A stretch of DNA of 64,000 nucleotides from the IMG/VR virus record IMGVR_UViG_3300044487_000013, positions 1 through 64,000 of that record, one strand, 5' to 3'. The stretch is from a virus. Positions within the stretch are counted from its first letter, which is position 1, and each line of letters opens with the position of its first letter. The position numbers and the translations under genes were made by a program. Below, in pieces: positions 46,621-55,621 of this stretch. Below the pieces are notes generated by a model. The model saw only the letters and a program-made list of their open reading frames with translations, was not told the DNA's origin and searched no databases.

Positions 46621-46936
46621 GGCTGATCTCCTCTGCTCGCTTGACGACCAACAGCTTCCGGCCGGGCGTCTCTGAGGTGGTGATATCGATCACGGTCTGA
46701 TCCTGCGGCACGTGCAGATGGACGTGGACGTCCGCATGCGTCTCCAGCGTGAAGCCATCGGTGGCGAGCACCCCGAAGTGGCACTCGACTACTCCGTCGA
46801 CCGGGAACCTCATCTCGATATCGCCCAGGTCCTGGACCTCGACGTCATCGAGGAATAGCCGTGTACCGTGGGCGCTGATGACGCGGCCGACGAGGCCTTG
46901 TTCGGCCGAGGGCGACTCGATCCGTATCTTCGGCAT
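46607..46936 (-). CDS. hypothetical protein
   Basis: 109 aa. Confidence 0.45.
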   Translation of the reverse strand: MPKIRIESPSAEQGLVGRVISAHGTRLFLDDVEVQDLGDIEMRFPVDGVVECHFGVLATDGFTLETHADVHVHLHVPQDQTVIDITTSETPGRKLLVVKRAEEISHGSD

Positions 46937-46945
46937 GATTGTACC

Positions 46946-47188
46946 TCAATACCCGAGGGCCATGAGCGCCCGGCGGAGCAGATGGTGAACGTTTAGCCGG
47001 TGGCGCGGGAACTCCTCGACCCGCGCGTATCGGCGCAGTGGACGATTTTTCCTGCCCCAGGCGCGCACGTCATAGGAGCCGGTCGGCCCGTTGCCGCCGG
47101 ACCCGTCGTTGACCATCTCCACGCGGCCGAGGCTGACCTTTCGGGACTCGTCACCCTTCGGCCACAGTTCGATGTTGACTACGATCAT
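46946..47188 (-). CDS. hypothetical protein
   Basis: Internal Met with an AAGGTG SD. The longer ORF N-terminus is an artefact. Confidence 0.4.
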   Translation of the reverse strand: MIVVNIELWPKGDESRKVSLGRVEMVNDGSGGNGPTGSYDVRAWGRKNRPLRRYARVEEFPRHRLNVHHLLRRALMALGY

Positions 47189-47192
47189 GGCG

Positions 47193-47774
47193 TCACACCT
47201 TGTTGTTGGGTTTGTACCCGAACGCAGTATGACCACCAGCATGCAAGAGCGGCACCTTGCTCCAGACCAGCCATTCGGTGGTGGCCGAGTCGCTGTGACC
47301 GTCGCCCGTAAAGCTGTAGCGTTCCAAGGCAATCTGCAGCTGCCGCGGGTGCATCCTGAGCCATCCGCCCCGCGGGTACTGCCCAGTCTTGGTGCCCTCC
47401 ACGAAGGACAGTCGAGACATGAGGACTGACCCCTTCTGCGCGTACACGAACGCGTGTTGGGCGATCGGAAGTTCGAGAGAGAACGGCGGGTTATCAATCA
47501 CCCAGTCCGGCATATGGCCACACGCCAGGAACATGTCGAGCCAGGTCTGGATCTTGGTGGCGTCGCCGTAGTGGTCCGCGACGCGATGAGTGTCCAGGTC
47601 GTTCGTGAAGAACGCGAGGCCAGGGACGCGTTCCCGCAGCTGCCTCACGATGGAGCCGTCGCCCACGGTTGGGCACCAGACCAAGTCGCCCGCCTTCATC
47701 TCCGGCAGGTGGTCGACCAGTGCGTCCACCTGCCAGGGCGCGGTCTCGTAAAATTCAAACGGTCGCTTCGACAT
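47193..47774 (-). CDS. DNA methyltransferase (N6-adenine/N4-cytosine type, DNPPF motif)
   Basis: Motif IV WVIDNPPF. 193 aa. Confidence 0.7.
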   Translation of the reverse strand: MSKRPFEFYETAPWQVDALVDHLPEMKAGDLVWCPTVGDGSIVRQLRERVPGLAFFTNDLDTHRVADHYGDATKIQTWLDMFLACGHMPDWVIDNPPFSLELPIAQHAFVYAQKGSVLMSRLSFVEGTKTGQYPRGGWLRMHPRQLQIALERYSFTGDGHSDSATTEWLVWSKVPLLHAGGHTAFGYKPNNKV

Positions 47775-48837
47775 GATGCTTCACCACGGTGGCCGGTTCA
47801 CCACCGACCTCCTTGAGGGCTGCGTTGACGCGGGCGACCGCAATCTCGAAGTAGTCCGGCTCGCGTTCGATGCCGACGTAGTGCCGCCCTTCGAGGACCG
47901 CGGCGATGCCTTCGGTGCCGGACCCCATAAACGGGTCGAGCACCAGGTGCCCCGGCCGCGTCATCAGGGTGGTGAGCCGGCGCATCAGGCTGATCGGCTT
48001 GACGGTCGGGTGGATGTTGTAGGCCTCGACGTTGTTGGCGCCCTTGAACCCGAACGACGTCTCCTTTTTGCGGAGCGGCAGGTCGGTGGCGCCCCAGTCG
48101 CGGTCCTTGGGGTTCGGCTTCGCACAGTAAAAGCACGGCTTCGCGTCGCGGATGAGACGCGCCAGGTCCGGGTCCTCAGCACCCAACTCGTCGTTGATGA
48201 TGATGTCGGTGGGGTGCTTGCCGGCATCCTCCACCTTCCACTGCTGGCCGTTCAGCTGGCCGCGGCCCTTCTCCTTGAATAGCTTACCCAGGTCGGCTAG
48301 GTTCCCCATCTCGCCGAGATACCGGCCGATGAGGAACGGCTCGAACGCGGCGCGCGGGTCGTTGACGTTGGTGACCTGGCTGGTCGAGTACATCCAGGCC
48401 ATGGGCCGGACCATCTGCAGGCCCGAGAGCCGGATGCCGCGGGCGAGCAGGTCCATCGTCTTCGACGCTGCGAACGCACCCACGTGGGCGCCGGGCCACA
48501 GGCGCTCCATCGCGGCGCGGATCCAGTCGCGGGAAAACTCCGCGAACTTCTCGGAGTCGTCGGCGGCCGTGGCCAGGGCGCGGCCATCTTCGAACGTGTC
48601 CCAGTCCTTGTCGCCCGCGAAGTCGAAGCCGTACGGCGGGTCGCACACGATCGCGTCGGCTTTGCCAATTTTGCCGGCGGTTGGCCGCAGGGCGCCGATG
48701 GTCGGGTCGCGGAGGACCTGCAGGGAGTCCCCGAGGATCAGGGTCACGATGGGCGTAGGCGGCATGGTTGCTCCTTCTGTAATTCGGTGGCGGAAAACGT
48801 TGTCGTTCAATTCACGGGGTGTCGTTGTTCCAAACAC
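47755..48837 (-). CDS. DNA methyltransferase (N6_N4_Mtase family)
   Basis: Motif IV IVCDPPYG and motif I VLDPFMGSGT. The alternative start MPPTP would end the gene at 48765. Confidence 0.85.
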   Translation of the reverse strand: MFGTTTPRELNDNVFRHRITEGATMPPTPIVTLILGDSLQVLRDPTIGALRPTAGKIGKADAIVCDPPYGFDFAGDKDWDTFEDGRALATAADDSEKFAEFSRDWIRAAMERLWPGAHVGAFAASKTMDLLARGIRLSGLQMVRPMAWMYSTSQVTNVNDPRAAFEPFLIGRYLGEMGNLADLGKLFKEKGRGQLNGQQWKVEDAGKHPTDIIINDELGAEDPDLARLIRDAKPCFYCAKPNPKDRDWGATDLPLRKKETSFGFKGANNVEAYNIHPTVKPISLMRRLTTLMTRPGHLVLDPFMGSGTEGIAAVLEGRHYVGIEREPDYFEIAVARVNAALKEVGGEPATVVKHHVEATV

Positions 48838-48922
48838 GACCGTAGAAGGTCACGCGGCGGTTGAGTACCCTCAATGCTCAAATAACGGCGGTTTGGCGGG
48901 CACAAGGCGCCAGTAACGCAGA

Positions 48923-48940
48923 TGGCACGGCGCGTGCTTC
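48923..48940 (+). promoter_or_regulatory. sigma-54-like -24/-12 motif (TGGCACG-N4-GTGCT) upstream of a plus-strand gene
   Basis: GG-N10-GC spacing identical to copies A-E. About 75 nt upstream of the AGGAGG-ATG at 49010. Confidence 0.4.
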
Positions 48941-49009
48941 ATATCCGGGCGTTGGCCGGAACATCCGGCCGCCAGGCGGGCAATCAAGCCCAGCCGTTAG
49001 GAGGCGAAC

Positions 49010-49426
49010 ATGAAGCGAAGTGATATCGACCGGATCGTCAAGGCCATCGAGGCGTCCCTGAACGCCGAAATTCCGGGCACGCCCCGCATCACGGGCCGCG
49101 TTGGCGGCCGGGTCATGTACGTGGCCCTGCCGGGCAAGGGCAAGAACCGCGATGCCCTGTCGCGCCGCGCCGGCCAGGTCTTGACGGCCATCGCCCGGAA
49201 GAAGGAGGCGACGTCGAAGGCCCTCCAGGGCGTCCTTCAGGTCAACCGGAACGTGATTGCCGGCGCCATCCATGAACTGAAGCAGGCGAAGCTGGTCAAG
49301 GCAGTCACGATGCCGGAGCCGGCGCTCGCTCAATCGGTTGCTGAACATCGTCCGCGTACCTCGGAGCGCAAGGCTCGTACCCCGCGTCTGGCTGCGACCG
49401 CGGCCGACCGCGCCCGCCGGAAGTAA
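49010..49426 (+). CDS. hypothetical protein (plus-strand gene embedded in the minus-strand module)
   Basis: TTAGGAGGCGAAC-ATG. 138 aa. A terminator hairpin follows. Confidence 0.6.
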   Translation: MKRSDIDRIVKAIEASLNAEIPGTPRITGRVGGRVMYVALPGKGKNRDALSRRAGQVLTAIARKKEATSKALQGVLQVNRNVIAGAIHELKQAKLVKAVTMPEPALAQSVAEHRPRTSERKARTPRLAATAADRARRK

Positions 49427-49442
49427 ACATCCCCTGGCGAAC

Positions 49443-49488
49443 GCGGGAGGAGGCTTGGCTTGCCCTCCTCCCGCCCCACCTCTTTCTC
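49443..49488. terminator. bidirectional intrinsic terminator between convergent genes
   Basis: GCGGGAGGAGG-N10-CCTCCTCCCGC, an 11-bp GC stem. TCTTTCT tail. Confidence 0.5.
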
Positions 49489-49490
49489 GA

Positions 49491-50282
49491 TTAGAACGGA
49501 ACGTTGTCGCGGGCGGGCGTCTGATGGACGACCTCGCCTTCGATGGCGTCGCCGCCCTCCTCGTCACCGACCCCGGTGAGTTCCTTGTCCTTGATGGCCT
49601 CGTACCAGGCGTTCGCGAACGCGAACTCCTCGGCGGTCACCGGGGTGCCCGAGAGGGTCACCAGGAACTTGCCGAATGAACCCGCGTCGTTCTTGTCGAT
49701 GAACACGCTGAGTTCGAGGCGCAGCTGATAGGGCCGGAAGCCCTTCTTCGCCATCTTCGCCAGCTGCACGTGCTTGTCGATGATGGAGTTCAGGCTCTGG
49801 CCGGCGCCGAACGAGGTGCTGGAGAAGCTGATCATCACCCGCTCCATCGACGGGGTGAGGATGGCCGCCCAGTCGTAGATCCGGACGCCTTCCGGCTTCT
49901 TCAGGTTGGCCGCACGCGCGCCCTCCCAGGTGACCCGCGCGTCATCCCATGCGACGCGTTCGCCGTTGGTCCCGTTTTCCTTCTTCAGGTGCGCCCGCTT
50001 GCTCATGCGGACCGGGATGATGGTGATCGGCCCGATGCCGTACACCTCACGCGTCTCCGAGTTGTACATCTCCCCGAACTCCAGGCCCTCGATGTACTTC
50101 CCTTCGCTGCGGTCGATCGCCTTCGACGTCTTCTGCGCGATGGCGAGGAACGGCAGCTTGGTGTCGCTGGCCGTGATGTTGTCCACGCCTGCGATATCGT
50201 CCGCGGCCAGGCCCGGATCGTACACCGCGACCTGCGTGTTCGCATCGCGCGTGGCGATGGCGTCGTTCTTCACTGACTTCAT
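49491..50282 (-). CDS. putative recombination protein (SSAP candidate)
   Basis: Start at the internal Met with ATGA overlap. Paired with a Gp157-like gene and an SNF2 helicase as in Sak/Erf modules. No family motif recognised. Confidence 0.4.
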   Translation of the reverse strand: MKSVKNDAIATRDANTQVAVYDPGLAADDIAGVDNITASDTKLPFLAIAQKTSKAIDRSEGKYIEGLEFGEMYNSETREVYGIGPITIIPVRMSKRAHLKKENGTNGERVAWDDARVTWEGARAANLKKPEGVRIYDWAAILTPSMERVMISFSSTSFGAGQSLNSIIDKHVQLAKMAKKGFRPYQLRLELSVFIDKNDAGSFGKFLVTLSGTPVTAEEFAFANAWYEAIKDKELTGVGDEEGGDAIEGEVVHQTPARDNVPF

Positions 50283-50842
50283 TTGCTGGCTCCTTTTGTG
50301 CGTGACAACTTGTACTTCAGAAAGACCTTCACTCCGGGGATGGTGCTCCGAACCTCCGTGCGCGTCGTGCCGTCGCCGTTGTCGATCTCCACGATCTCCA
50401 ACTCGCCCGCCTTGGCCTCGTCCTTCACGATGCCCTTCAAGCGCTCGGTGACCTCCGCGGTTTTCAGCTGCAGCAGGTCCTCGAAGCCGTTGTTCTTGAA
50501 GTACTCGATGATGGACGGTGCGTCCGCAGCAAGCAGGGACGGGTACGGCTCGCATGTCTCGGTCCACACGAACCCGTTGACGTCGGCCGACTCCAGTTCG
50601 GCTTCCTTCAGCCGGCGCCGTATGAGGATCTCCAGGGCGTCCACCTCGTTCCCGAGGGCCTTGGCCTGGGTCGACAACGACGCGGCCTCGGCCGCCTTGC
50701 GATTGAACTCCTCGGTGAGTTCCGCGATCGTCTTGGTGGCGCGGGTGTCGAGAGCCTCTTGAAGCGCAGCCTGCCGAGGTGTTGGTTCCTCAGGAACGTT
50801 GCCCTTGAGGTTCGAGTACTGACGCGGCTTCTTCGCTGCCAT
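50279..50842 (-). CDS. Gp157-like coiled-coil protein
   Basis: Acidic coiled-coil 187-aa protein sitting between the helicase and the SSAP-like gene. Confidence 0.4.
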   Translation of the reverse strand: MAAKKPRQYSNLKGNVPEEPTPRQAALQEALDTRATKTIAELTEEFNRKAAEAASLSTQAKALGNEVDALEILIRRRLKEAELESADVNGFVWTETCEPYPSLLAADAPSIIEYFKNNGFEDLLQLKTAEVTERLKGIVKDEAKAGELEIVEIDNGDGTTRTEVRSTIPGVKVFLKYKLSRTKGASK

Positions 50843-50963
50843 GAGTGTAGGTCCTTTATCCGCGGGTCACCGCTGCACGTCGCGTGCCCGCTGCGTTGTT
50901 GCGCCTACGAGGACGTTGTTGCACTTACGCGTGGGTGATTGCGCCCATCGTCCTGAACGCAGG

Positions 50964-52604
50964 TCACTCTTCCGAAAGCTTCTGTCGCCAGGTGGCGGCA
51001 GTCCACGTTGCAATATCCTCCTTGCCGCGTAGCGCCGCGAGGATATGGTGGTCGATCGTGCGCTCGCCCTTCGGGCCGACCGCGACGACGTCGACGTACC
51101 GGATCGGGTTCTTTTGCCCAGGCCGGTCGATGCGCCCTCGGGCCTGCAGGTACGCGCGCAGGTTGAAGTCGTGGCTCAGGTTGACGGCCATCGATGCGCC
51201 CGAAAGGTTCAACGCGGCTCCGCCGGCCTGCGGGCTGCCCACGACGACCACCGGATGATCGACCACCACGTCCGGGTTCAACGCCCGCACGGCCGCTTGC
51301 CGGTCCTGCGGCGATTGGCCGCCGTAGAGCAGGTGGCTCGTGTAGCCGACCTCCTCGCCCAGCACCCGGCCGGCGCGTTCAATCTCGGCGCGGAACCGTC
51401 CCCACACCAGCAGGCGATTCGGCTTCTCGACGGTCCCCAGCCAGGTGATGAGTGCGTCCAGCTTGGACCGGCCTATCTCCTTCAGCATGGTGGTGGGCGC
51501 GTCAATCAGCCGTTCGCCGGCCGTCATGCCGGTACCGAAGTCCAGCTTGCCTTCCTCCAGGTCGATGCGCTCGACACCGCCCAGGAACCCGCCGGTGATC
51601 TGCGCCAAGCGGAGGGCTTTGACGAACGCCTGTCGGGCGACGCTGGCCAGGTCCAGGCCATCGTCGGTACCCAGCCAAGCCACCATGTCCTTCTTCATCG
51701 CTCGATAGATCCGCCATTCGTCGTCGTTCAGCCGCGCCTCGACCAGCACCGGGTCGAGCACCGGCGGCAGGTCGAAGCACTCGCGGGTCTCGCGCCGGAG
51801 AATGTACGGCTCACACTTGGCGCGCAGTTCCTCCAGCCGCGGCCACCTGGTCTCGACTGGAAAGTTCTTCCACATCTGCTCTTGCTTGATGGCGTCTCGC
51901 TTATTCGTGCAGGGCGCCAGGCCCGCGTAGTAGTGCATGAACCGCGACTCGGCCGTCGACACCACCCGCTTGCCGCGTGCGTTGACGTACGGGAACCCGA
52001 GGATATTCTCGTCCAGCATCCGCATCTGAGCGTTCAGGTCGAGCGGCGAGTCCGCGATCGGCGTGCCGTTCAGCAGCGTGACTCGGCGGGCCATCTTGCG
52101 GATCTCGTAGCACGCCTTCCACTGCTCGGTGCCCTGGTCCTTGAGTGCCCACGCCTCGTCGCACACCAGCCAGAAGCGCCAGCGGGACAGGAACGACAGC
52201 AGCGGGACCAGCCGGTCCTCGCGCCGTACGAACTCGTAGTTCGACACCACCCACCGGAGGCCCATCCCTTCCGGACTCTTCGGGAACGCGCCCGGCTTGG
52301 CCGTGCGGACCGAGTACTCCATCAGGTGGTTCATCATCGACGGCCAGCCGTGCTTCGACACCTCCCCGAGGGCCGGATCCGGGTCGGCCCACACGCCACG
52401 TGCCGCGGCGGGACAGACCACCATCATCAGGTCGATCTCGGTGCCCTGGTAGAGGATCTGCGCGGTGTCAACGATCTGCTTGCTCTTGCCGGCGCCGACC
52501 TGGTCAGCCAGCATCGCGGCTGGATGTTTTAAGAGCCAGGTGACCCCGAACTTCTGGTGGTCGCGCGGCTTCGTCGCGCAATGCGTCCAATTGATCTCCA
52601 ACAT
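50964..52604 (-). CDS. SNF2-family DEAD/DEAH-box helicase
   Basis: QVGAGKSKQ Walker A. DEAW box LVCDEAWALKD. Helicase C region. Confidence 0.85.
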   Translation of the reverse strand: MLEINWTHCATKPRDHQKFGVTWLLKHPAAMLADQVGAGKSKQIVDTAQILYQGTEIDLMMVVCPAAARGVWADPDPALGEVSKHGWPSMMNHLMEYSVRTAKPGAFPKSPEGMGLRWVVSNYEFVRREDRLVPLLSFLSRWRFWLVCDEAWALKDQGTEQWKACYEIRKMARRVTLLNGTPIADSPLDLNAQMRMLDENILGFPYVNARGKRVVSTAESRFMHYYAGLAPCTNKRDAIKQEQMWKNFPVETRWPRLEELRAKCEPYILRRETRECFDLPPVLDPVLVEARLNDDEWRIYRAMKKDMVAWLGTDDGLDLASVARQAFVKALRLAQITGGFLGGVERIDLEEGKLDFGTGMTAGERLIDAPTTMLKEIGRSKLDALITWLGTVEKPNRLLVWGRFRAEIERAGRVLGEEVGYTSHLLYGGQSPQDRQAAVRALNPDVVVDHPVVVVGSPQAGGAALNLSGASMAVNLSHDFNLRAYLQARGRIDRPGQKNPIRYVDVVAVGPKGERTIDHHILAALRGKEDIATWTAATWRQKLSEE

Positions 52605-52759
52605 GGGAGTGCGCCTCGTAGGAGTCGATCCTGATCACGATGTTACCGGTCAGCAGACCGCTCCTCTGCAGGAGCAGCCACATATCGCGGAACTGTTCGG
52701 TCACGACGTCCTCGCGGGACGCGTGGAGTTGTAGCGGCGAGATGATGCGCGAGACTGAT

Positions 52760-52861
52760 TTAGGCATCGTACTTGGACCGTGGGAAGAAGGTGAGGCCCA
52801 TCAGGACCATGATGCCGACGTAGGCGGTCACGCCGATGAGGAACTGAACGTCTGCGCTCAT
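52760..52861 (-). CDS. candidate 33-aa hydrophobic peptide
   Basis: CAAGGAGACAGC-ATG SD. ATGA overlap with the exonuclease stop. MSADVQFLIGVTAYVGIMVLMGLTFF. Confidence 0.35.
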   Translation of the reverse strand: MSADVQFLIGVTAYVGIMVLMGLTFFPRSKYDA

Positions 52862-53802
52862 GCTGTCTCCTTGACTGGGAAGTTTCCTTTGAGTGCCTCG
52901 CCGCAGACCTTCTTGACGTCTTGGCTGAAGCCGGTGGACTCCTCAGCAATCCACTTCAGGTCCCGCCGGGTCATCATCTTCAGCTTGGTGCCGTTCCACT
53001 TCTTATTGGTGAACACCACCTCGCCGTCGCGCCACACCAGGACACCCTTGGCGTCGATGGCGTTGGGGTCCCGTGGCCAGCACCACTCGTGCAGGTCCTT
53101 CAGGTTGCGCGGCACCTTCGGGTACCGTTCCATCTGCGCCATGACCACCTCCAGGGAGGCGACCACGTCGTCAATCGAACCGTGGGCACCTTCGTGCTTG
53201 CGCCCGAGGAACGTCTCGACCGCGTCGCTCAGGGTGCGGCCTTGGACCTTTTGCCAGAGGCGATAGCCGTCGATGGCGAACGCCTTGTCGTAGGACCAGG
53301 GATGGCCGGCGCGGGTGAACGCAGCGGCCATGAGCGGCAGGTCGTAGCGGTAGATATTGAACCCGCCGAAGTCTGCGTTGCTGAAGCCACGATGCAGGTT
53401 CTCCGCTAGGTCCTGGAAGGTGGGGTAGGGCGCGAACTCGTGGACGTCAGGCGATTGCGCCGCGTCCATGAGCATAGTTGTATGGTCACCCCGCGGCCCG
53501 CCGCACAGTCTGCAACCCTCCACCTTCGTGTTGGTGATGCCGTGGCCAGGATACCCGCCATCTTCCTCGGCGCCCGGCTTCCCGAAGGTGGCCTCGTGCG
53601 GTATGGTGCAGAGCGGATTGACGTAGGATTGCCACTGCTTGAACGAGTGATCCGGTCTGACCATGACGAAGCCCAGGTCCACGATGCGCGCGGACGACGG
53701 GTCTTGTCCGGTGGTTTCGGTGTCGAAGAAGATTACCGGCCGCTCGATGGTCACCAGGCTGATGAACCGGAGCGCCAAGTCGCGTAGCTTGTCGAGGTTC
53801 AT
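52858..53802 (-). CDS. DEDDh 3'-5' exonuclease (DnaQ-like)
   Basis: Exo I motif IFFDTETTG. Exo III motif HGSIDDVVA. Confidence 0.8.
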   Translation of the reverse strand: MNLDKLRDLALRFISLVTIERPVIFFDTETTGQDPSSARIVDLGFVMVRPDHSFKQWQSYVNPLCTIPHEATFGKPGAEEDGGYPGHGITNTKVEGCRLCGGPRGDHTTMLMDAAQSPDVHEFAPYPTFQDLAENLHRGFSNADFGGFNIYRYDLPLMAAAFTRAGHPWSYDKAFAIDGYRLWQKVQGRTLSDAVETFLGRKHEGAHGSIDDVVASLEVVMAQMERYPKVPRNLKDLHEWCWPRDPNAIDAKGVLVWRDGEVVFTNKKWNGTKLKMMTRRDLKWIAEESTGFSQDVKKVCGEALKGNFPVKETA

Positions 53803-54026
53803 ACCGTCTCCGTCAGGTCGTGAAGGATATCGTCGCGCAGCTTCCACAACGCAGTCCGCTCCGCGATCGTGAGCGAACGCCCCGCGACGTATGGGTCGAA
53901 GTTGTTCTTGATGATGGCGCGGACGCGCGCCAGCACTTGGTCTGGTGAATGTACCGGACAGAAGGTCTTGGCGTCAACGCCCGTTATCGCTGGGCACAGT
54001 GGAAACGCGCACGGCTTCTGGTTCAT
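53799..54026 (-). CDS. hypothetical protein
   Basis: 75 aa. ATGA overlap. Confidence 0.45.
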   Translation of the reverse strand: MNQKPCAFPLCPAITGVDAKTFCPVHSPDQVLARVRAIIKNNFDPYVAGRSLTIAERTALWKLRDDILHDLTETV

Positions 54027-54523
54027 CGGAGGGCCGCCTTATCGTTGATGAGATGAGCGACAACGTCGTAATCCCACCCTTCGAGTCGGATGGCACCGAA
54101 CACCTGCAGGCTCTGCGCCAGGTCCAGGCCGCGTGAGTATGTGCCCAGGTTCTGCGCCTCCGCTGCCTTTCGTCCTCCTACGCCGATGCCAGCGACGTTC
54201 GGGAAGAGGTGCCGAAACAGAACGCCCGGTTGCCAGATTGAGACGGCCTCCGGCGCGTCCTCGAAGATGACGACCCACGCCTTGCCGTCCGTAGCGACGC
54301 TCAGCTGATGCCCGAGGATCAGCTGGTCTGGCGAGACGATCTCCTTCATGCGCCTGCCCTTGCGGAGGTACTTCATCTCGATCCAGCACGTGGCGCCGTA
54401 CCATGAGTAGGACCAATCGGGGACCGCGTTGGTCGATTGATCCTGGTGCTTGATTGCGACGCCTCCGCGGCAGATCCGCTTCGCGCCGGCCATGCACTTC
54501 TCTGTGATCTCACGTTCGTCCAT
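54023..54523 (-). CDS. VRR-NUC / PD-(D/E)xK nuclease
   Basis: PDW...CWIEMKY matches the D...E-x-K core. Confidence 0.5.
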   Translation of the reverse strand: MDEREITEKCMAGAKRICRGGVAIKHQDQSTNAVPDWSYSWYGATCWIEMKYLRKGRRMKEIVSPDQLILGHQLSVATDGKAWVVIFEDAPEAVSIWQPGVLFRHLFPNVAGIGVGGRKAAEAQNLGTYSRGLDLAQSLQVFGAIRLEGWDYDVVAHLINDKAALR

Positions 54524-54774
54524 GATGACACCTGGGGAGAATGGCCCGCGCCCTCGGCACCCACCGCGTGTGGGAACGCACAGCTACCGAGATCCTTTCC
54601 GCTCAACGTCTGGTTCGGATCGTTCCCGCCCCGTAACTCAAGGGCGTGATGAGAACGGTGGGCCGCGACGGAGCATCCTGGTGCGCCGACACGAGCCTGG
54701 CGGGAGGGCACGGATGGCTTAGGTCCGCGCTATTCCTCCCGTGGGTCCCAGGCGCGCATGCGCGAGCCAGCTTT

Positions 54775-55015
54775 CTACGCGTTGTTGATCCGGACCCCGT
54801 AGCCGGAGCCGGTCATGAACGCCTTGTTGATCTCGTCCTTCAGCAGGCGCGAGAGGTTCTTCCGCGACTCCTTGAGGGCGTCCTTCAGGAAGTGGCTGTC
54901 GAAGTTCAGGTCGAACGTCATCTCACCTTGTTTCCTCAGCCCGAGGACGTACTCGCTTCCGTCGAGCGGCTGAGGGTAGGTGATATCCCGCAGTTCCCCG
55001 ATGGTCAGGAACTGC
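54775..55015 (-). pseudogene. C-terminal segment in the +1 frame relative to the upstream ORF (split or frameshifted gene)
   Basis: Frame stays protein-like (FLTIGELRDITYPQPLDGSEYVLGLRK...) straight after the upstream stop at 55016-55018. Confidence 0.3.
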
Positions 55016-55621
55016 TTAGGTGATCGACTGAAATTCGCGGGTACGGACCTGGAACCCCGTAAGGTCCTTTCCGGCCAGCTTGTTTTCCGCCGCGTAGTCG
55101 ACCAGCGTCGACTCCTTCGCCGCCTGAGCGTTCTTCGCGACGACCAGCTTCGCGGCCTGCGCGATGCCATAGATCTCGCCCTGCTCGTTCACGTACACGA
55201 CGATCGTTTCGAAGACCTTCATACCATCCTCCAGTGTGAGAAGTAGTTCGTCCACGTTGCATCGGCACATAGGGTGCCACGGTAGGTCGTTCATCTGCGC
55301 GAGGTAGAGCGCCGCGTCCTGCTTCGCACGTTCCTCTGCGGCCAGGTCCCGCTGCGGTTCCATTGGCCGCATGATGATCTCGTAGAGTCGACGGTCAGTC
55401 AGGTCCGCGCACAAGGGTGCCTTCACCTCCAGGACCAGGCCATAGTGGCCGCCGATGGTATCCGGCTCGCCCGCGAAGAAGGCCGCCTTCGCTCGCTCGA
55501 ACTCGTCCTCGTACTGCGTCACGTAGGTGACTACCTGACGCCTGCGAGCGTACTGCGCCTGCTCCAGAGCGTCGTAGTACCGCTCGGCATCCTCGTGGCT
55601 CATGTACGAGTTATTTGGCAT
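55016..55621 (-). CDS. hypothetical protein (N-terminal part of a possible split gene)
   Basis: Start MPNNSYMSHEDAERYY. 201 aa. Confidence 0.5.
   Translation of the reverse strand: MPNNSYMSHEDAERYYDALEQAQYARRRQVVTYVTQYEDEFERAKAAFFAGEPDTIGGHYGLVLEVKAPLCADLTDRRLYEIIMRPMEPQRDLAAEERAKQDAALYLAQMNDLPWHPMCRCNVDELLLTLEDGMKVFETIVVYVNEQGEIYGIAQAAKLVVAKNAQAAKESTLVDYAAENKLAGKDLTGFQVRTREFQSIT

Noticed and set aside
46946-47497. 183-aa ORF extending upstream of the 80-aa gene; likewise the N-terminal extensions of ORFs 18397..18984, 19274..19846, 19587..20969, 31665..32609, 40943..41476, 41542..42138, 49491..50567 and 61176..62429.
   Set aside because: The upstream portions are Arg/Ser/Pro-rich noise that overlaps the preceding gene. 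Internal Met codons with an SD and ATGA/TAATG coupling were preferred.
52504-52767. 87-aa ORF MPKSV... overlapping the SNF2 helicase start by 100 nt.
   Set aside because: No RBS, and the tail is low-complexity. The helicase N-terminus (PRDHQ...GAGKS) requires the upstream start. The region is better explained by the 33-aa SD-bearing peptide at 52760..52861.
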